A DNA stretch of 63,567 bases, filler included, from Cladosporium halotolerans (Eukaryota), in assembly GCF_011745625.1 (NCBI RefSeq). It is 28 parts of 28 records of this genome, joined end to end, with 100 filler letters (N's around TTAATTAATTAA, not from the genome) between each part and the next. Parts side by side here need not be neighbours in the genome. Positions count along the whole stretch, not along the records: positions 1 to 1,168 come from NW_027191859.1; positions 1,269 to 2,434 come from NW_027191860.1; positions 2,535 to 3,699 come from NW_027191861.1; positions 3,800 to 4,957 come from NW_027191862.1; positions 5,058 to 6,210 come from NW_027191863.1; positions 6,311 to 7,461 come from NW_027191864.1; positions 7,562 to 8,707 come from NW_027191865.1; positions 8,808 to 9,938 come from NW_027191866.1; 20 more parts are not named here. The stretch is one strand, 5' to 3'. The notes under the pieces are model-generated. The model did not search any database. It saw only the letters and a program-made list of their open reading frames with translations, and had not been told where the DNA came from. Of this stretch, positions 1 to 11,268 are shown in pieces (the first letter of the stretch is position 1; each line of letters starts with the position of its first letter). Made by a program: the position numbers and the translations under genes.

Positions 1-270
1 GAACACGCGTTGCCCCCTCTCCAGTTGCGCCCAGTCGACCCAGTCGGGCACTTTGCGCAGGTTTGACCAGAATTGGTGAAGCACGGGATCGGTCTGACTC
101 CCCTCTCGGAGTTTCTCGAGCAGATCACCCTGCCGTGACGGTGAGAAAGAGTGACAGGCAGAGTCCGGCCGACGTTGTAGTGCGGTCAGAACAACATCTG
201 CGTCGATATCGCAAGAGTTCCTGAGGCGTTTCAAGCGACTCCAGTCCAATCCGCCGCTATCGCCAAGGCT
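1..270 (-). CDS. Partial ER-bound oxygenase MpaB/Lcp-like (DUF2236) protein, N-terminal exon, runs off the window start
   Basis: Manual translation (not in ORF track): ...LKRLRNSCDIDADVVLTAL...DLLEKLREGSQTDPVLHQFWSNLRKVPDWVDWAQLERGQRVF; VPxWVDWxQxxRGQxVF is typical of fungal DUF2236 proteins. Confidence 0.75.
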
Positions 271-1268
271 CTATGCAACCAAGTCTTCAAGGCTTACTTG
301 AGGCATCGCGTTGGCTTCATTCAGGAAATTGTGTCATCAAGTGAGAATGAAAATCCATGTGGGGGGAAATGGAATTTGCTGATGGGAAGACTCGTCAAAA
401 GGCCTTAATCGCGCAATCGAATGGTACAGTAGCAATGGCCGGCCCACTCTTATAACGCAGCTGCGGATTCTGTCGGGCTTGCTACGAATGCGTCGGAGCC
501 GTTATGTAGGGTCGGCCGATTCTATCGTGCCGGCAACGACTCAACACGAGGCCAGGGTTGATGTCGTTGACCCCAACCTGGTCATGGTTGTGACGTCGAT
601 CGTTTCTGCATCTAAAAGGATAGTGGAAGACGCTCAGGGTGAGCCAAGTCGTCGTTGAGATGCCTCGCTGACCGTCAACGCGTGATTGTGTGGAAATCTC
701 GGTCGCAAGTCGCACCGCTGGATCAAGAGACGAAGATCAATCGAGCGTGTGGCGTGTGAGGAGTTCCATCTATGGTCGGACTGATCATCATCCTTCATTT
801 GTGCGCGATCATGCTTCACCTCTCGGCCCTGGCTCATGACCAACGAAGCCGCAAAGCCCTGTCAATCTTGCAGTCACAGGCTGAGGCGCCGAAGAGAGAT
901 GGCTCCTGCGCTAACAACGTAGAACAAGGGTGGGAGCTGACGAAATCGAAGGCAAATAGAGACATTAACGCAAAGATTCGTGCGCTGATTCTCAAGGCTG
1001 ATTCACCGGCATCTCTGCCAGCCCTCGAGCAAGCGCAGGCGTCGGCGTATTGGCCTTGACAGTGACATCGGCGCCAAAAGCTACAGTACGTTCCTAATTT
1101 AACGTTACTCGTTTCCCTGCTCGTACATGCGAGACCGTGAGTCCATGCTGTTCCACATAGTTGCCCAANNNNNNNNNNNNNNNNNNNNNNNNNNNNNNNN
1201 NNNNNNNNNNNNTTAATTAATTAANNNNNNNNNNNNNNNNNNNNNNNNNNNNNNNNNNNNNNNNNNNN

Positions 1269-1910
1269 TGTCGATCACTTTTTGAAAATCTTCCCAACAA
1301 CTGATGGGCCACGTCCCGTGAAGTACAGTACTACAACGCCATCCCTGTGCGCTTCTTGCCACGAAGGTCGATTGCTTCATTTTGGCAGAGTCGGCATAGG
1401 AACATTGGCCGGGAACAGCCCTTGTATTCTTCCACGAATCGCGGGCATCCGCAATAATTGTTCCGTATGGCCGAGAGGCGCCAATCATCTCCTACCGGCT
1501 CTGGATGGAGTCCGGCCAGCCGCCAGGAAGGTAAGTTCAACTCCGAACGCTCCTCGCTGCGTGTCCTCTGCGGCATACTCTCCGTGACGCGCCCCTCTGG
1601 CATTCTGTTCACAGCAGCAAATCCGACCAACTGTTGATTCAACTGCGAGCGCTCCTCGTTGCGCGTCAAGTCTTAGGTAATTATGGTTTCTTGCTTGCAT
1701 TGACTTCGCAAACCTCGTCGACGAGAGAAACACTCGTCGATGAGAGGGATTACTCCTCCATTGAAGTCGGACTCTAAAGTCTGATATCAAATATGCCGAG
1801 TATGCAAGATTCAACTGGACTATTGTCAAAGGCAACACCATCGCTTGGCACCGTGACTCTCGGTCTCCCTATCCGTACGTGACGCGAAAGAATCTGCCAA
1901 GCGATTCAGG
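1269..1910 (+). repeat. Dispersed repeat, copy A (homologous to 22466-22968)
   Basis: Long near-identical blocks, e.g. TTTTTGAAAATCTTCCCAACAACTGATGGGCCACG; the other copy lacks ~1382-1520. Confidence 0.9.
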
Positions 1911-2338
1911 CTGACGGTCAGCGTGAAACGCTTGGCATTGCGGCTTTCGGTCTGTTTATCCGCACGTGACGACTCGAAAGACAAGGAACGCTCTTTGCCA
2001 TCGCCAAATGTGCGAACTTGGCCACTACGACACAGTATTGTGACGGCCGGAGCCCGGGCCAGAGATGCTAACCTCAAGCTTTTTCGCGCCCTTGTTGCCA
2101 ATCACTCTGCGGTCGAGCGACCGGAAGATGAGACCGCCAACCCAGCATCATCGCAAGACTAGTCCAGACTGTGCAAGCGGCTGGATGGGGTAGAGCATGG
2201 CTTGAAGTGCTGGATGGGGTAGAGCATGACTTGAAGTGCGAGAACAATAGTGGCTAAACCAAGAAACACGCGTTTCGACGGACGAGGTACTGGATGGATT
2301 CAGATCAAAGTGCCAAGAGATACAGTAGGCAGGAGGGC

Positions 2339-2434
2339 CCTCCGCTTTTCCGAAAGTTTTCGAATTTCCCAGAATGGCTTGGCTCTCATGGATTTTGAGA
2401 AATAATTGGGAGGCAGAAAGGCCCACGCAGGTGT
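2339..2434. mobile_element. End of a putative Tc1/IS630-like element (terminal motif CCTCCGCTTTTCCGAAAGTTTT)
   Basis: Same motif at 19701, 22970 and 29684; the sequence after it resembles that after 29684. Confidence 0.6.
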
Positions 2435-4059
2435 NNNNNNNNNNNNNNNNNNNNNNNNNNNNNNNNNNNNNNNNNNNNTTAATTAATTAANNNNNNNNNN
2501 NNNNNNNNNNNNNNNNNNNNNNNNNNNNNNNNNNCAACGCTTCATCCTGCTGCCAGAGGTTGGCGACAGCCACACAGCCGTTCGCCCTGGGCACCAATCG
2601 TGTTGCACAAGACCCACCAAGCGCAGGCAAAAGGCGGGATCGGGTCGGGTCTTGCGACGTGCAACCCCCTCGACCGGCGTGGGAGAATCCCCTGTGCTGG
2701 CCTCCCTGTCGATTCAGTAACTTAGCACGTCCGTCGAAGCGCGTGTTTGTTGGTTCAGCCATTATGTTCTATGGCCTTCGAATGTTGTCACAAGTCGCTT
2801 CGGAAAACTGTAGCCCTGCGTTCTACTCTTTTTTTGTTGTCCCTCAAAGCTGCGCTGCGCACTCACCACTCTCCCAATGATGCTGTACTCGTCGCAAGCA
2901 CCAACCCATTGACCAAGATCGAATCAATTTGTAACAATATCATGGATTTGCCTTGAGACGTGCTCTTTGGATACTCGCATCACAACACTTCAACGTCAAG
3001 GCGTACTTCGATAGATGTAAAGCTCATCATGTCATGAAAAGACCAAAGTCCAAAGCAAGACTTCAAAGGATTCAAGAGGTGGTATGGAGGTGCCAGATTA
3101 TCCGGCGCCACGTGCGGACAGATAGACCGAAAGTCGCAATGCCAAGCGTTTCACGCGAGGCTTCGTGATGACTCTATCTATTGGCATCACGTGCGCTTTG
3201 TACAAGTTGTTGAGGTTGGCTCTGTTCCCAGTGCCGGATTCATTAGCAGTACCACAAGTAGAACTCGTCACTGGCCGAAACCCAGGGATGGAAGAACCCG
3301 TATTGATTGATTGATTGATTGATGGATTATGTCTTACTGTACTCGGTTGCGGACGCTTTTCTCAGAAGCTATGCCCAGTGGAAGAGGGCTTGGCAGACGG
3401 CCGACGCGTTCCGTGCGGACCGCCCCACTTCGCCGAGCCTGACAATGAGATACAAGCTGGACCACCTCCATCGCCCTCCCTTTTTCTCTTCAGCCACCGT
3501 CTCCAGTTGCCTGCCAGCTTTCGCAGGCGGTGGTTCACTTGCTGTGTTTCCTATCTGCTGTGGTCTCCTCGTTTCTAGCCAGCAATTTACCTACAGTCTC
3601 CCCCCAGTGCTCGGCTTCGTGTACTTTTCCACGACCCTGCTTTGCCCTAGGATCTGCGAACATTCTATGAAGTTGATGGCTTTAATGGCTGTTTTACGCN
3701 NNNNNNNNNNNNNNNNNNNNNNNNNNNNNNNNNNNNNNNNNNNTTAATTAATTAANNNNNNNNNNNNNNNNNNNNNNNNNNNNNNNNNNNNNNNNNNNNT
3801 GGTTGTTTTCGGGTGCAGCCGTTAGCGGCAGGTGCGAGGGAGCGAAAGGGAGCAGAGGTGGTGGAGACGATAGGTCCGGGGGGGTTGAGATTAGCAGGTA
3901 GATGTAGGGTAACAGGCGGACTGCGAGTCAAGAGAGTGGGGTTGACTGAGGTGATTGAGGCGATTGGCATACATCCGGGCGGAGAAAAAAGAGGAAACAG
4001 CTATAGGGCGGGTGAGCGGCTACAAGGTTAGGAGGCTATAGAGCTTGCAGGGAGACTAG

Positions 4060-4860
4060 GATACTTAGGGCTAGGGAAGATAGTCGGGATGCCGAACAGT
4101 CGGGGTGCCGAATAGTCGAGGTACCGAATAGTCGGAATACCGAATAGTTAGAGTATCGAATAGTCGGGATACCGAATAGTCGGGATACCGGTAAAAGGAG
4201 GTATAGAGAAATAGATTAGGAAAATAGGAAGGATAAAAAGTAAGATTAGGAGTTAGACGAGTAAAAGATTAGAAAGGAATTAGTAAGTAGGAGAAGTAGT
4301 ATTAGAAATTAGTAAGAGTAGTATATCGGAGAATAATAAGATAGAGAAGAGAATAGAAAAGTATAGATAGAGACGAAGAAATTAGAAACTCGAGAAAGAA
4401 GAAAAGATAGAATTTAGAGTAAGCTATAAGATATATAAGACTTAGCTAGTTATATAAAAAGAAAGGTTAATATTAAATAGATAGGTTTACGGATATAAGT
4501 ATTAGAACGAAGAGGAAAAGAACGAAGAGGAAAAGAACGAAGAGGAAAAGAACGAGTAAAAAGGAGAGATATAGAGAGAGATCTATAAAAGAGTAGAAGG
4601 ATATAAGTAAGGTTAAGGTTTAGGTTTAGTAGAAAAGAAAAAGAGAGAAAGATAAAGTAAATTTACGGAAAACGAGGTAAGAAGTAGTAAGAGTTAGGGT
4701 TTAGATTAGGAAAGGTATATAAAGAAAGGGTTGGGAGATAAGAGTAAACCCGTAAAGGGCGCCGACGCCAGGGCCGCCGGAGGCAAGGAGGGTTAGGGTT
4801 CCAATTGGCGGGAAAAGGAGGACAAGGGAAGAGGGGTGATAGGGACCCGTAAGGGCGCCG
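4060..4860. repeat. RIP-mutated, AT/purine-rich repeat relic with internal tandem arrays (16-bp x ~7 at 4081-4190; 15-bp AGAACGAAGAGGAAA x ~3.5 at 4504-4556)
   Basis: CpA and TpG almost absent from ~4110-4760 while TpA is abundant and CpG persists; the 16-mer copies differ by C>T/G>A transitions. Confidence 0.85.
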
Positions 4861-4863
4861 ACG

Positions 4864-4912
4864 CCTCGCCAAAAGGCAACGGAGGAGAACACTGATCTCC
4901 TACTAACCCTAA
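4864..4912 (-). repeat. Single copy of the 44-bp telomere-like unit plus 3-nt terminal redundancy
   Basis: 4864-4910 is the exact reverse complement of 13780-13826; ends CTACTAACCCTAA. Confidence 0.9.
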
Positions 4913-5057
4913 GGCGGCGCTAACCGTAAAAGGTTACAGAACTTCCGCTTACATCGANNNNNNNNNNNNNNNNNNNNNNNNNNNNNNNNNNNNNNNNNNN
5001 NTTAATTAATTAANNNNNNNNNNNNNNNNNNNNNNNNNNNNNNNNNNNNNNNNNNNN

Positions 5058-5310
5058 TCACTTCGAAGAAGCACGGCCCAGTAACGGGACGTCGGCCTTC
5101 TCGCCTCGCGCATAGTTCACGCTTCAACTTCAGTGTTCAGCCGAAGAGACCATGGGGAGCCCGCTCGCACATGCCGCCTCATGTTGGCTTAGTGTTCGTG
5201 CTTGGATGACACCGGATCCCTGGCAGGTGGCGCTTGCTTCAGCTGTGGAACCCGGTCGGTACGTCTTCATCCTCCGACTTCGCGAATTGGAGGTGTGAAG
5301 GCCATCCAGG
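5058..5310 (+). repeat. ~250-bp duplicated segment, reverse complement of 7562-7814
   Basis: Near-identical, with about five substitutions seen by eye. Confidence 0.92.
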
Positions 5311-5744
5311 CAACGAGGTGACGCAGCCAACCCCTGAGTGCTGATTTAGTGGCGTCAGTGATGACGATGACAGCCCCTGGCTTCTAGGTGCAGGTCGTGC
5401 TTCACATGCTGCTCTAATCTTCAGCCGACGCTATCCAATACAATCTGGAGGCTAGGGCTTTGGCAGTCAAGTCCATCCTTTGGGGCGAACCAGGATATTG
5501 ACGAGTCCTGAAATGTGCGCCAATGCACTTGGCGCCTTTTGCGGCTGAATATTAAGGCAGAATCAGGCGGAAGTGTGCAAGAGGTCCAGATCAGCGCCGG
5601 CATACTTCAACATGCTGTGCGCGCATTGAAATCTTCACGCTAACGGCGCTGACAGCAATCATCGAGAATGTCTATCCTCTGACGAAAGATTTTTGCAATT
5701 GCTCACTTTTCTGTGACCCGAACAACAAGTGTCGCTCTTTTGAC

Positions 5745-6210
5745 ATGACCATCTCTTATTCCAGCAAGCTTGGAAATCGTCGAGACCTGAAGTCGCAGCG
5801 ACTTGCCATCTCTGGACAAGCGAGACAGCCAAAAAAGTCAGAGGGGGCTTGCGAGGAATGCCGTAGGCTGAAGAAACGTTGTGACAGAAGACCAATCTGT
5901 GCTGGATGCAGCAGCCGTGGCGTTACTTGCGAGTATGTCGCCTGTGCCCGATCCCAACGGCCTCTGGATGCTTTACTAAGGCGTCGAAAGATCTCCGCGC
6001 AGCATGAAGGCGATGAAATAGCCCTGCAGATGGAGCAGCTACGGTCTGAACAGCTTGAACCCGACACCGGGTCAAGCTCCCGCAGCACGGTATCACCAAA
6101 ATCGATCTTGGTTTGGCCAAGCGTGGCCAATCTTATGGAACAAATCTCTGGAAACCAGACGACGATTAGCAGTCACTCTCAGCAGAGCCTTCGGATATAC
6201 GCAGAACCGA
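5745..6210 (+). CDS. Partial Zn(II)2Cys6 transcription factor (3' truncated by contig end; start uncertain)
   Basis: ACEECRRLKKRCDRRPICAGCSSRGVTCEY = C-x2-C-x6-C-x5-C-x2-C-x6-C. Confidence 0.85.
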
Positions 6211-7070
6211 NNNNNNNNNNNNNNNNNNNNNNNNNNNNNNNNNNNNNNNNNNNNTTAATTAATTAANNNNNNNNNNNNNNNNNNNNNNNNNNNNNNNNNN
6301 NNNNNNNNNNGGCGCGTCTGCTTCTCGACTCTCTGCAAGGTTGGGCACTCCTGGAGGCTCTGTTCGTTTCTGTGATGAACCAAGGATAACAGCAGGTGCG
6401 TTCTCTCGTTAGGATTTGTTGCACTGCCAGTATCATCGCTTCGTTCCATTCGGGCCGGGGCGGATTTCCGACGTGGAGGGTTTGTTATTATGGCCATAGC
6501 AGTAAGAGTTGAAGATGCCGATGCCTTGCTGTTACAGGAGGAGAGGGAGGAGTGATAAATATATCCTCCGTAGGACAGAGCATGGTAGGGCAGATCGGAA
6601 GTTGATCAATATCCGTCTTTGGGAGGTCGAAGCACGAGAACTCCACTGTCGACGGATTTGGACCTGTTTGAACCTGAGTCTAATTTAAATTGGACACCAC
6701 GCACCTATCATGCACTGTAACGTACTCGAATCACGACACGATGCTGATCCGCCGCACTCAGCAAAGTCACATCTTCGTCTTGTACAGCAAGGTCATTCGG
6801 AGCAAACGATTGCCGCGAATCAAGCAGTGCGGCGACGGGGAAGCGAGCACTAACGTTACTATTGTTGCAAAACGCCGTCGTCGCTGAAGGCAGAACACTG
6901 GAGTTCCTCCGGCAACACCTTGCTACAAATCTGTGACAAGTTGAGACTGAGACATTCATCGTCAAGTTGTTCAGGTCAGGACTTTTGCTCGATGTTCGGA
7001 ACCTTTGTCGCTACCGCTGTGATGAACTACGTTCGTATCACATGCTAGCCAACGACTCGGATTGCCACAC

Positions 7071-7461
7071 CTAGATTTGTAGTTCCGCATTGTCTAAAGG
7101 CCAGTCTTGTCGAATTTGGGAAACCGCCACTTCCTCAAACGCGATACCTCTCAACCTCTTCTTCACTTGTAAATTGCCAGTCAGATTCACTTTGACGTAC
7201 TCATACAGGCTGGGACCGACCGCCACCTCACTCCAGCTTCTCATCAGTCGACGCCAATAGCACGCCTCGGCTGCAAGGGTCAGGTATCGATCACGAAAAG
7301 TTGCGACCGCGTTGTCCGCGATGCGCTGGGCCGCCTCCCTGTCTCCAAACAAGTACCGTATCTTTGTTTCGATGTCGGAGAAGTCTCGTCTCACAGATAC
7401 AAAGTTCTGGTCAGGCCCATCAGGATTCAAGAGGTGATAGTAATGCGTCGTCCACTCGAGC
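7071..7461 (-). CDS. Partial glycosyltransferase family 90 (CAP10-like), C-terminus
   Basis: LEWTTHYYHLL..DGPDQNFVSVRRDFSDIETKI...AAQRIADNAVATFRDRYLTLAAEACYWRRL. Confidence 0.85.
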
Positions 7462-8196
7462 NNNNNNNNNNNNNNNNNNNNNNNNNNNNNNNNNNNNNNN
7501 NNNNNTTAATTAATTAANNNNNNNNNNNNNNNNNNNNNNNNNNNNNNNNNNNNNNNNNNNNCCTGGATGGCCTTCACACCTCCAATTCGCGAAGTCGGAC
7601 GACGAAGACGTACCGACCGGGTTCCACAGCTGAAGCAAGCGCCACCTGCCAGGGATCCGGTGTCATCCAAGCACGAACACTAAGCCAACATGAGACGGCA
7701 TGTGCGAGCGGGCTCCCCATGGTCTCTTCGGCTGAACACTGAAGTTGAAGCGTGAACTACGCGCGAGGCGAGAAGGCCGACGTCCCGTTACTGGGCCGTG
7801 CTTCTTTGAAGTGAAGAGACCGGATTTTGCTTGGAAAACCGGGCCTTCCGGATCCTTCCTCATGATCTTCGATCCAGAAGATGGCCATCGCTGGCACGGT
7901 CGCGTGCGCACTGTTTGTTGCAGCAGATGCTGAGGAGATGCGAATTTGGGTCTACATGAGTAGCATAGCCATCAAGGTGAAGTTTCATTGCCGCTTGATA
8001 AAAAGACCCCATCGATACTCTACATCATCGGCGCCTTCACTACATGCGTGAGGGTCTATCACCCCTGACAGCCTTCGTTAGGAAGCGAGTCGTCCCAACC
8101 CTTCTTGCAGAGGCACAGTTCCGGTCGGGTCACGCGATGCACAAAATTATAGAGAACGTCAATTGGAAGATCAGACTCCTCAGTCTCCGTGGCTGG

Positions 8197-8707
8197 TCAA
8201 GACCTCGGATATGTTGTACACTTTTCGATTTCTTGGACGATCACTTCTATGTCGGGCGCGTCAGTTTGCCTGGGTACCAAGGTCTCCCAATACAGACTTA
8301 CTTCTCACTTTATCAGTGCTCAGACAAATGGGTTCGCCGAAGTTCAGATAGTCACGAGGTATACGATGCGCTTCAGGTTCGTCGGCAAAATCGTGGTACA
8401 CTCCGAGGTATGGATGTTCCAGGGCCATCCCTACATGATGCGCTCGTCACGATTGAAGGACAACAGTCGGTCCAATATGTCGAGTGCTTGGTCGGAAGCA
8501 CGCGGGAACAATCCTTTCCAAGACTTTTTCGACTTAAGCGGTAGTCGTAAAATATGCCTTTGCGCACTTTTGTCGAGCTTGTGAAAATCCTTTGAATAAG
8601 GCGTCCCGATAACATCGAAAATTTGATCAAGCTGCTCCTCATGCCTGGTTCCAGAGAAAAGCCGTTTGCGGCCCAACATCTCGGCAAATATGCATCCGAC
8701 GGCCCAC
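8197..8707 (-). pseudogene. Divergent MAP kinase, C-terminal part, with a 1-nt frameshift near 8434
   Basis: [53 protein letters not shown], then in the shifted frame [20 protein letters not shown] (common docking motif); GTAAGT..CTGAC..TAG intron ~8247-8301. Confidence 0.8.
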
Positions 8708-8807
8708 NNNNNNNNNNNNNNNNNNNNNNNNNNNNNNNNNNNNNNNNNNNNTTAATTAATTAANNNNNNNNNNNNNNNNNNNNNNNNNNNNNNNNNNNNN
8801 NNNNNNN

Positions 8808-9938
8808 CACTTCTTCTCCGGCTCTGGCTCCCAGAGATATCTGCTGAATTCGCAATCCCGTCGAGCCGCCCACCGTATTGTCTGCACGAACGGTTCCACT
8901 AGCCACAGATAGTATACAACGAGTTTCCCGGCCTCGTCCGGGAGAAACCGGTGGATGATTTTCGCCTCGCCGCTCTTGCTGTACCCCTTGTGGTATCCCG
9001 TCACAAGCTCTACCATTCCGTTGTCGATAAACACTCCTCTCTGCCCCCCTCCGCTTTCTCCGTTCGCGGCTCTGACGCTTGTGATTTCAGTGCCTCTGGC
9101 TGGAGCACCGCTCGCCATGTGGCACAGCACGATCAGCTCCTCCTTGAACAGTGTCACTGACCTGAAGTAATTCTCGACCTGTGTCAGATTCCACTGTAGC
9201 CCGGTCCAGTCTTCGACTTTGGCCATGTCGTCATTCAGTAAGAACCTCTTCACCAAGTGGTCTTCTCGCATCAGCCTGCTCCATAGCCACTTCCTGCTGT
9301 CGACGTCTTTACCATCCGCTCTCCTAATCTGCCCGAGAGTTTCCTCGTTCCTCTCATCATCTAAGAAACTCCAACCTTCGGTGAGATCGCTCGGGTTGTC
9401 GAACAGTCTCTCCAGACGCAAGATTGGCAGCTCTTCCTCGCGCTGTAGAAACATCACTTGCTTCGCAAGCCTGTCCTGGCACCTTTCTTGGAGCCCGTGC
9501 ATCGCATCCCTCAGATCACCCATGCTGAAGCTGACTCTGTCTATGCAGACTTCCTGGCATCTGTTCATCCAAGTGACTCTGGCGGCGGCCTTCTCCGTGA
9601 ATCTGATTCTCATGCCATACGTCTTCATGTGCAGTATTCGATCCATCGGGCTCGCAACCCCGCCGTATTCCTGCAAACATATGAGCCGCGGTACCATGGT
9701 GTGCACCCCTTCCACAACACTGACTGCCCGTTTCTTGGCCTCCACCTCGCCCATACCTTCCTCTTCCGTCAGTTGGTGGATGTGGTCTTGCCTCTGCTTA
9801 TAAGCCATCCATATCACCAGAGCTCTAGTTATCGTCACGATGGCAGCCAGTTTTGGGGTGAAATTGAATACTTTCACCCAACCTGCGTCGTCCGTGTCGA
9901 GCCCGAGAACCGCCACCGCGCTGAGAAATCCACTCTCG
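8808..9938 (-). CDS. Telomere-linked helicase (TLH/DUF3505-associated) family protein, internal fragment with a recombinase-like segment
   Basis: Open across the contig; SPMDRILHMKTYG, LCHMASGAPARGTEI, RGVFIDNGMV, YHKG, KIIHRFLP, YYLWLVEPF match the region upstream of the helicase in fungal TLH proteins. Confidence 0.75.
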
Positions 9939-10038
9939 NNNNNNNNNNNNNNNNNNNNNNNNNNNNNNNNNNNNNNNNNNNNTTAATTAATTAANNNNNN
10001 NNNNNNNNNNNNNNNNNNNNNNNNNNNNNNNNNNNNNN

Positions 10039-11167
10039 GGAAGAAATCTCTTTTTGTCATCCGCGTCTGGCCTTCTGAGAGCCTGGTATGCTGTTCCAGG
10101 AATTGGCCGTAGTATGTGGCGAGGGGAGCAAAGCAACCCACATCCAGAGGCTGCAAACTATGCGTAGAGTGCGGAGGATACACAGCTACCAAGATCTTAT
10201 GCGCCTGAGCCCATTCCAGGAACTTCAGCGTGACGTGAGAGCCGTGGCCGTCGAGAAATAAGAGCCTCCATTGTCGTCTGGCTTTGTCCCGAGTTTTCTT
10301 ATCGAAGAACTCCTCCAGCCACCTGAAACCAATCTCGTCCGAAGTCCAGCCACTAGCAGATGATGTGAACCAAGCGTCGTGCTCATTGGACTCGAAGTCT
10401 TGAACCCATGAGTCTTGGATCGAGCCGGATGTACTTTTGTAGATCAGAACCGGAGGCAAAGCTGTCCTGTCGCCACAAATTGTGGCAATAACCGTGATCC
10501 ACTCTCTAGATCCATCTTGACCAGCTCCAAGAAGCTTCCCAGAGGCCTTGAGGTGTTTCGAAAAGACTCTTCTGGCCTTGGTGATCCTTCCAACGAGAAA
10601 ACCCTTCTCGTCCATGTTGTAGGTATTCTCAGGCAGGATCTGGTACTCATCCATTTTCTCGCGGATGATGGAAAAGTATCGCTCGTAAGAAGCCACAGAG
10701 TCAGCTTGGTGCCTTTCCAAATCCAGACTGTTGAGATATCGCGAGTCCAGTGCGTCCCTGTGTCTTTGGACGAACCGTGAACACCACTTTCCTCCGGGAG
10801 TCCTACCTGCTAGACGAGACGCTATATTGGCTACGATTGCTGGTGTAGGTGGAAGGCATCGATCACAGAGCTGCCTTATGTGCTGTATGAGCTGCTGCTC
10901 CTGGTGGTTGTTGAGGAATCTCTTGTCTTCGGCGGCTTGGGCCCTGTTGGTGGTGGCGCCCTTCCATCTTCTGCTGAGAGTTGTGCGCTCGACCCCATGT
11001 TTTCTCGCGACGACAGCTATACAGGGCGACTCTATAGAATTCAACTCCGCAAGTGCTGCATCCATTGCTGCGGTGTGGTTGGTATAGCGAACCGTTGAAC
11101 GCGTTTCGTCCATGACGCGCGACGCGTGCATTGACTGTCCGTGTGCACGGACTGTCCAAAGCTTCTA
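10039..11167 (-). mobile_element. pogo/Fot1-family DNA transposon, 5' half: left TIR 11124-11167, transposase (likely ATG 11065)
   Basis: HTH and CENP-B-type HTH, then ENTYNMDEKGF, LFLDGHGSH, PPHSTHSLQPLDVGCFAPL (DDD triad); TIR matches 31082-31125. Confidence 0.95.
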
Positions 11168-11268
11168 GNNNNNNNNNNNNNNNNNNNNNNNNNNNNNNNN
11201 NNNNNNNNNNNNTTAATTAATTAANNNNNNNNNNNNNNNNNNNNNNNNNNNNNNNNNNNNNNNNNNNN

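Noticed and set aside
2535..3699. Contigs 2535-3699, 18517-19600, 26593-27623 and 28847-29680
   Set aside because: No recognisable domain, RNA gene or element structure by eye; left unannotated.
4600..4800. Scattered TTAGGG-like words as an interstitial telomere
   Set aside because: Not tandem, and easily produced by RIP in a purine-rich repeat.
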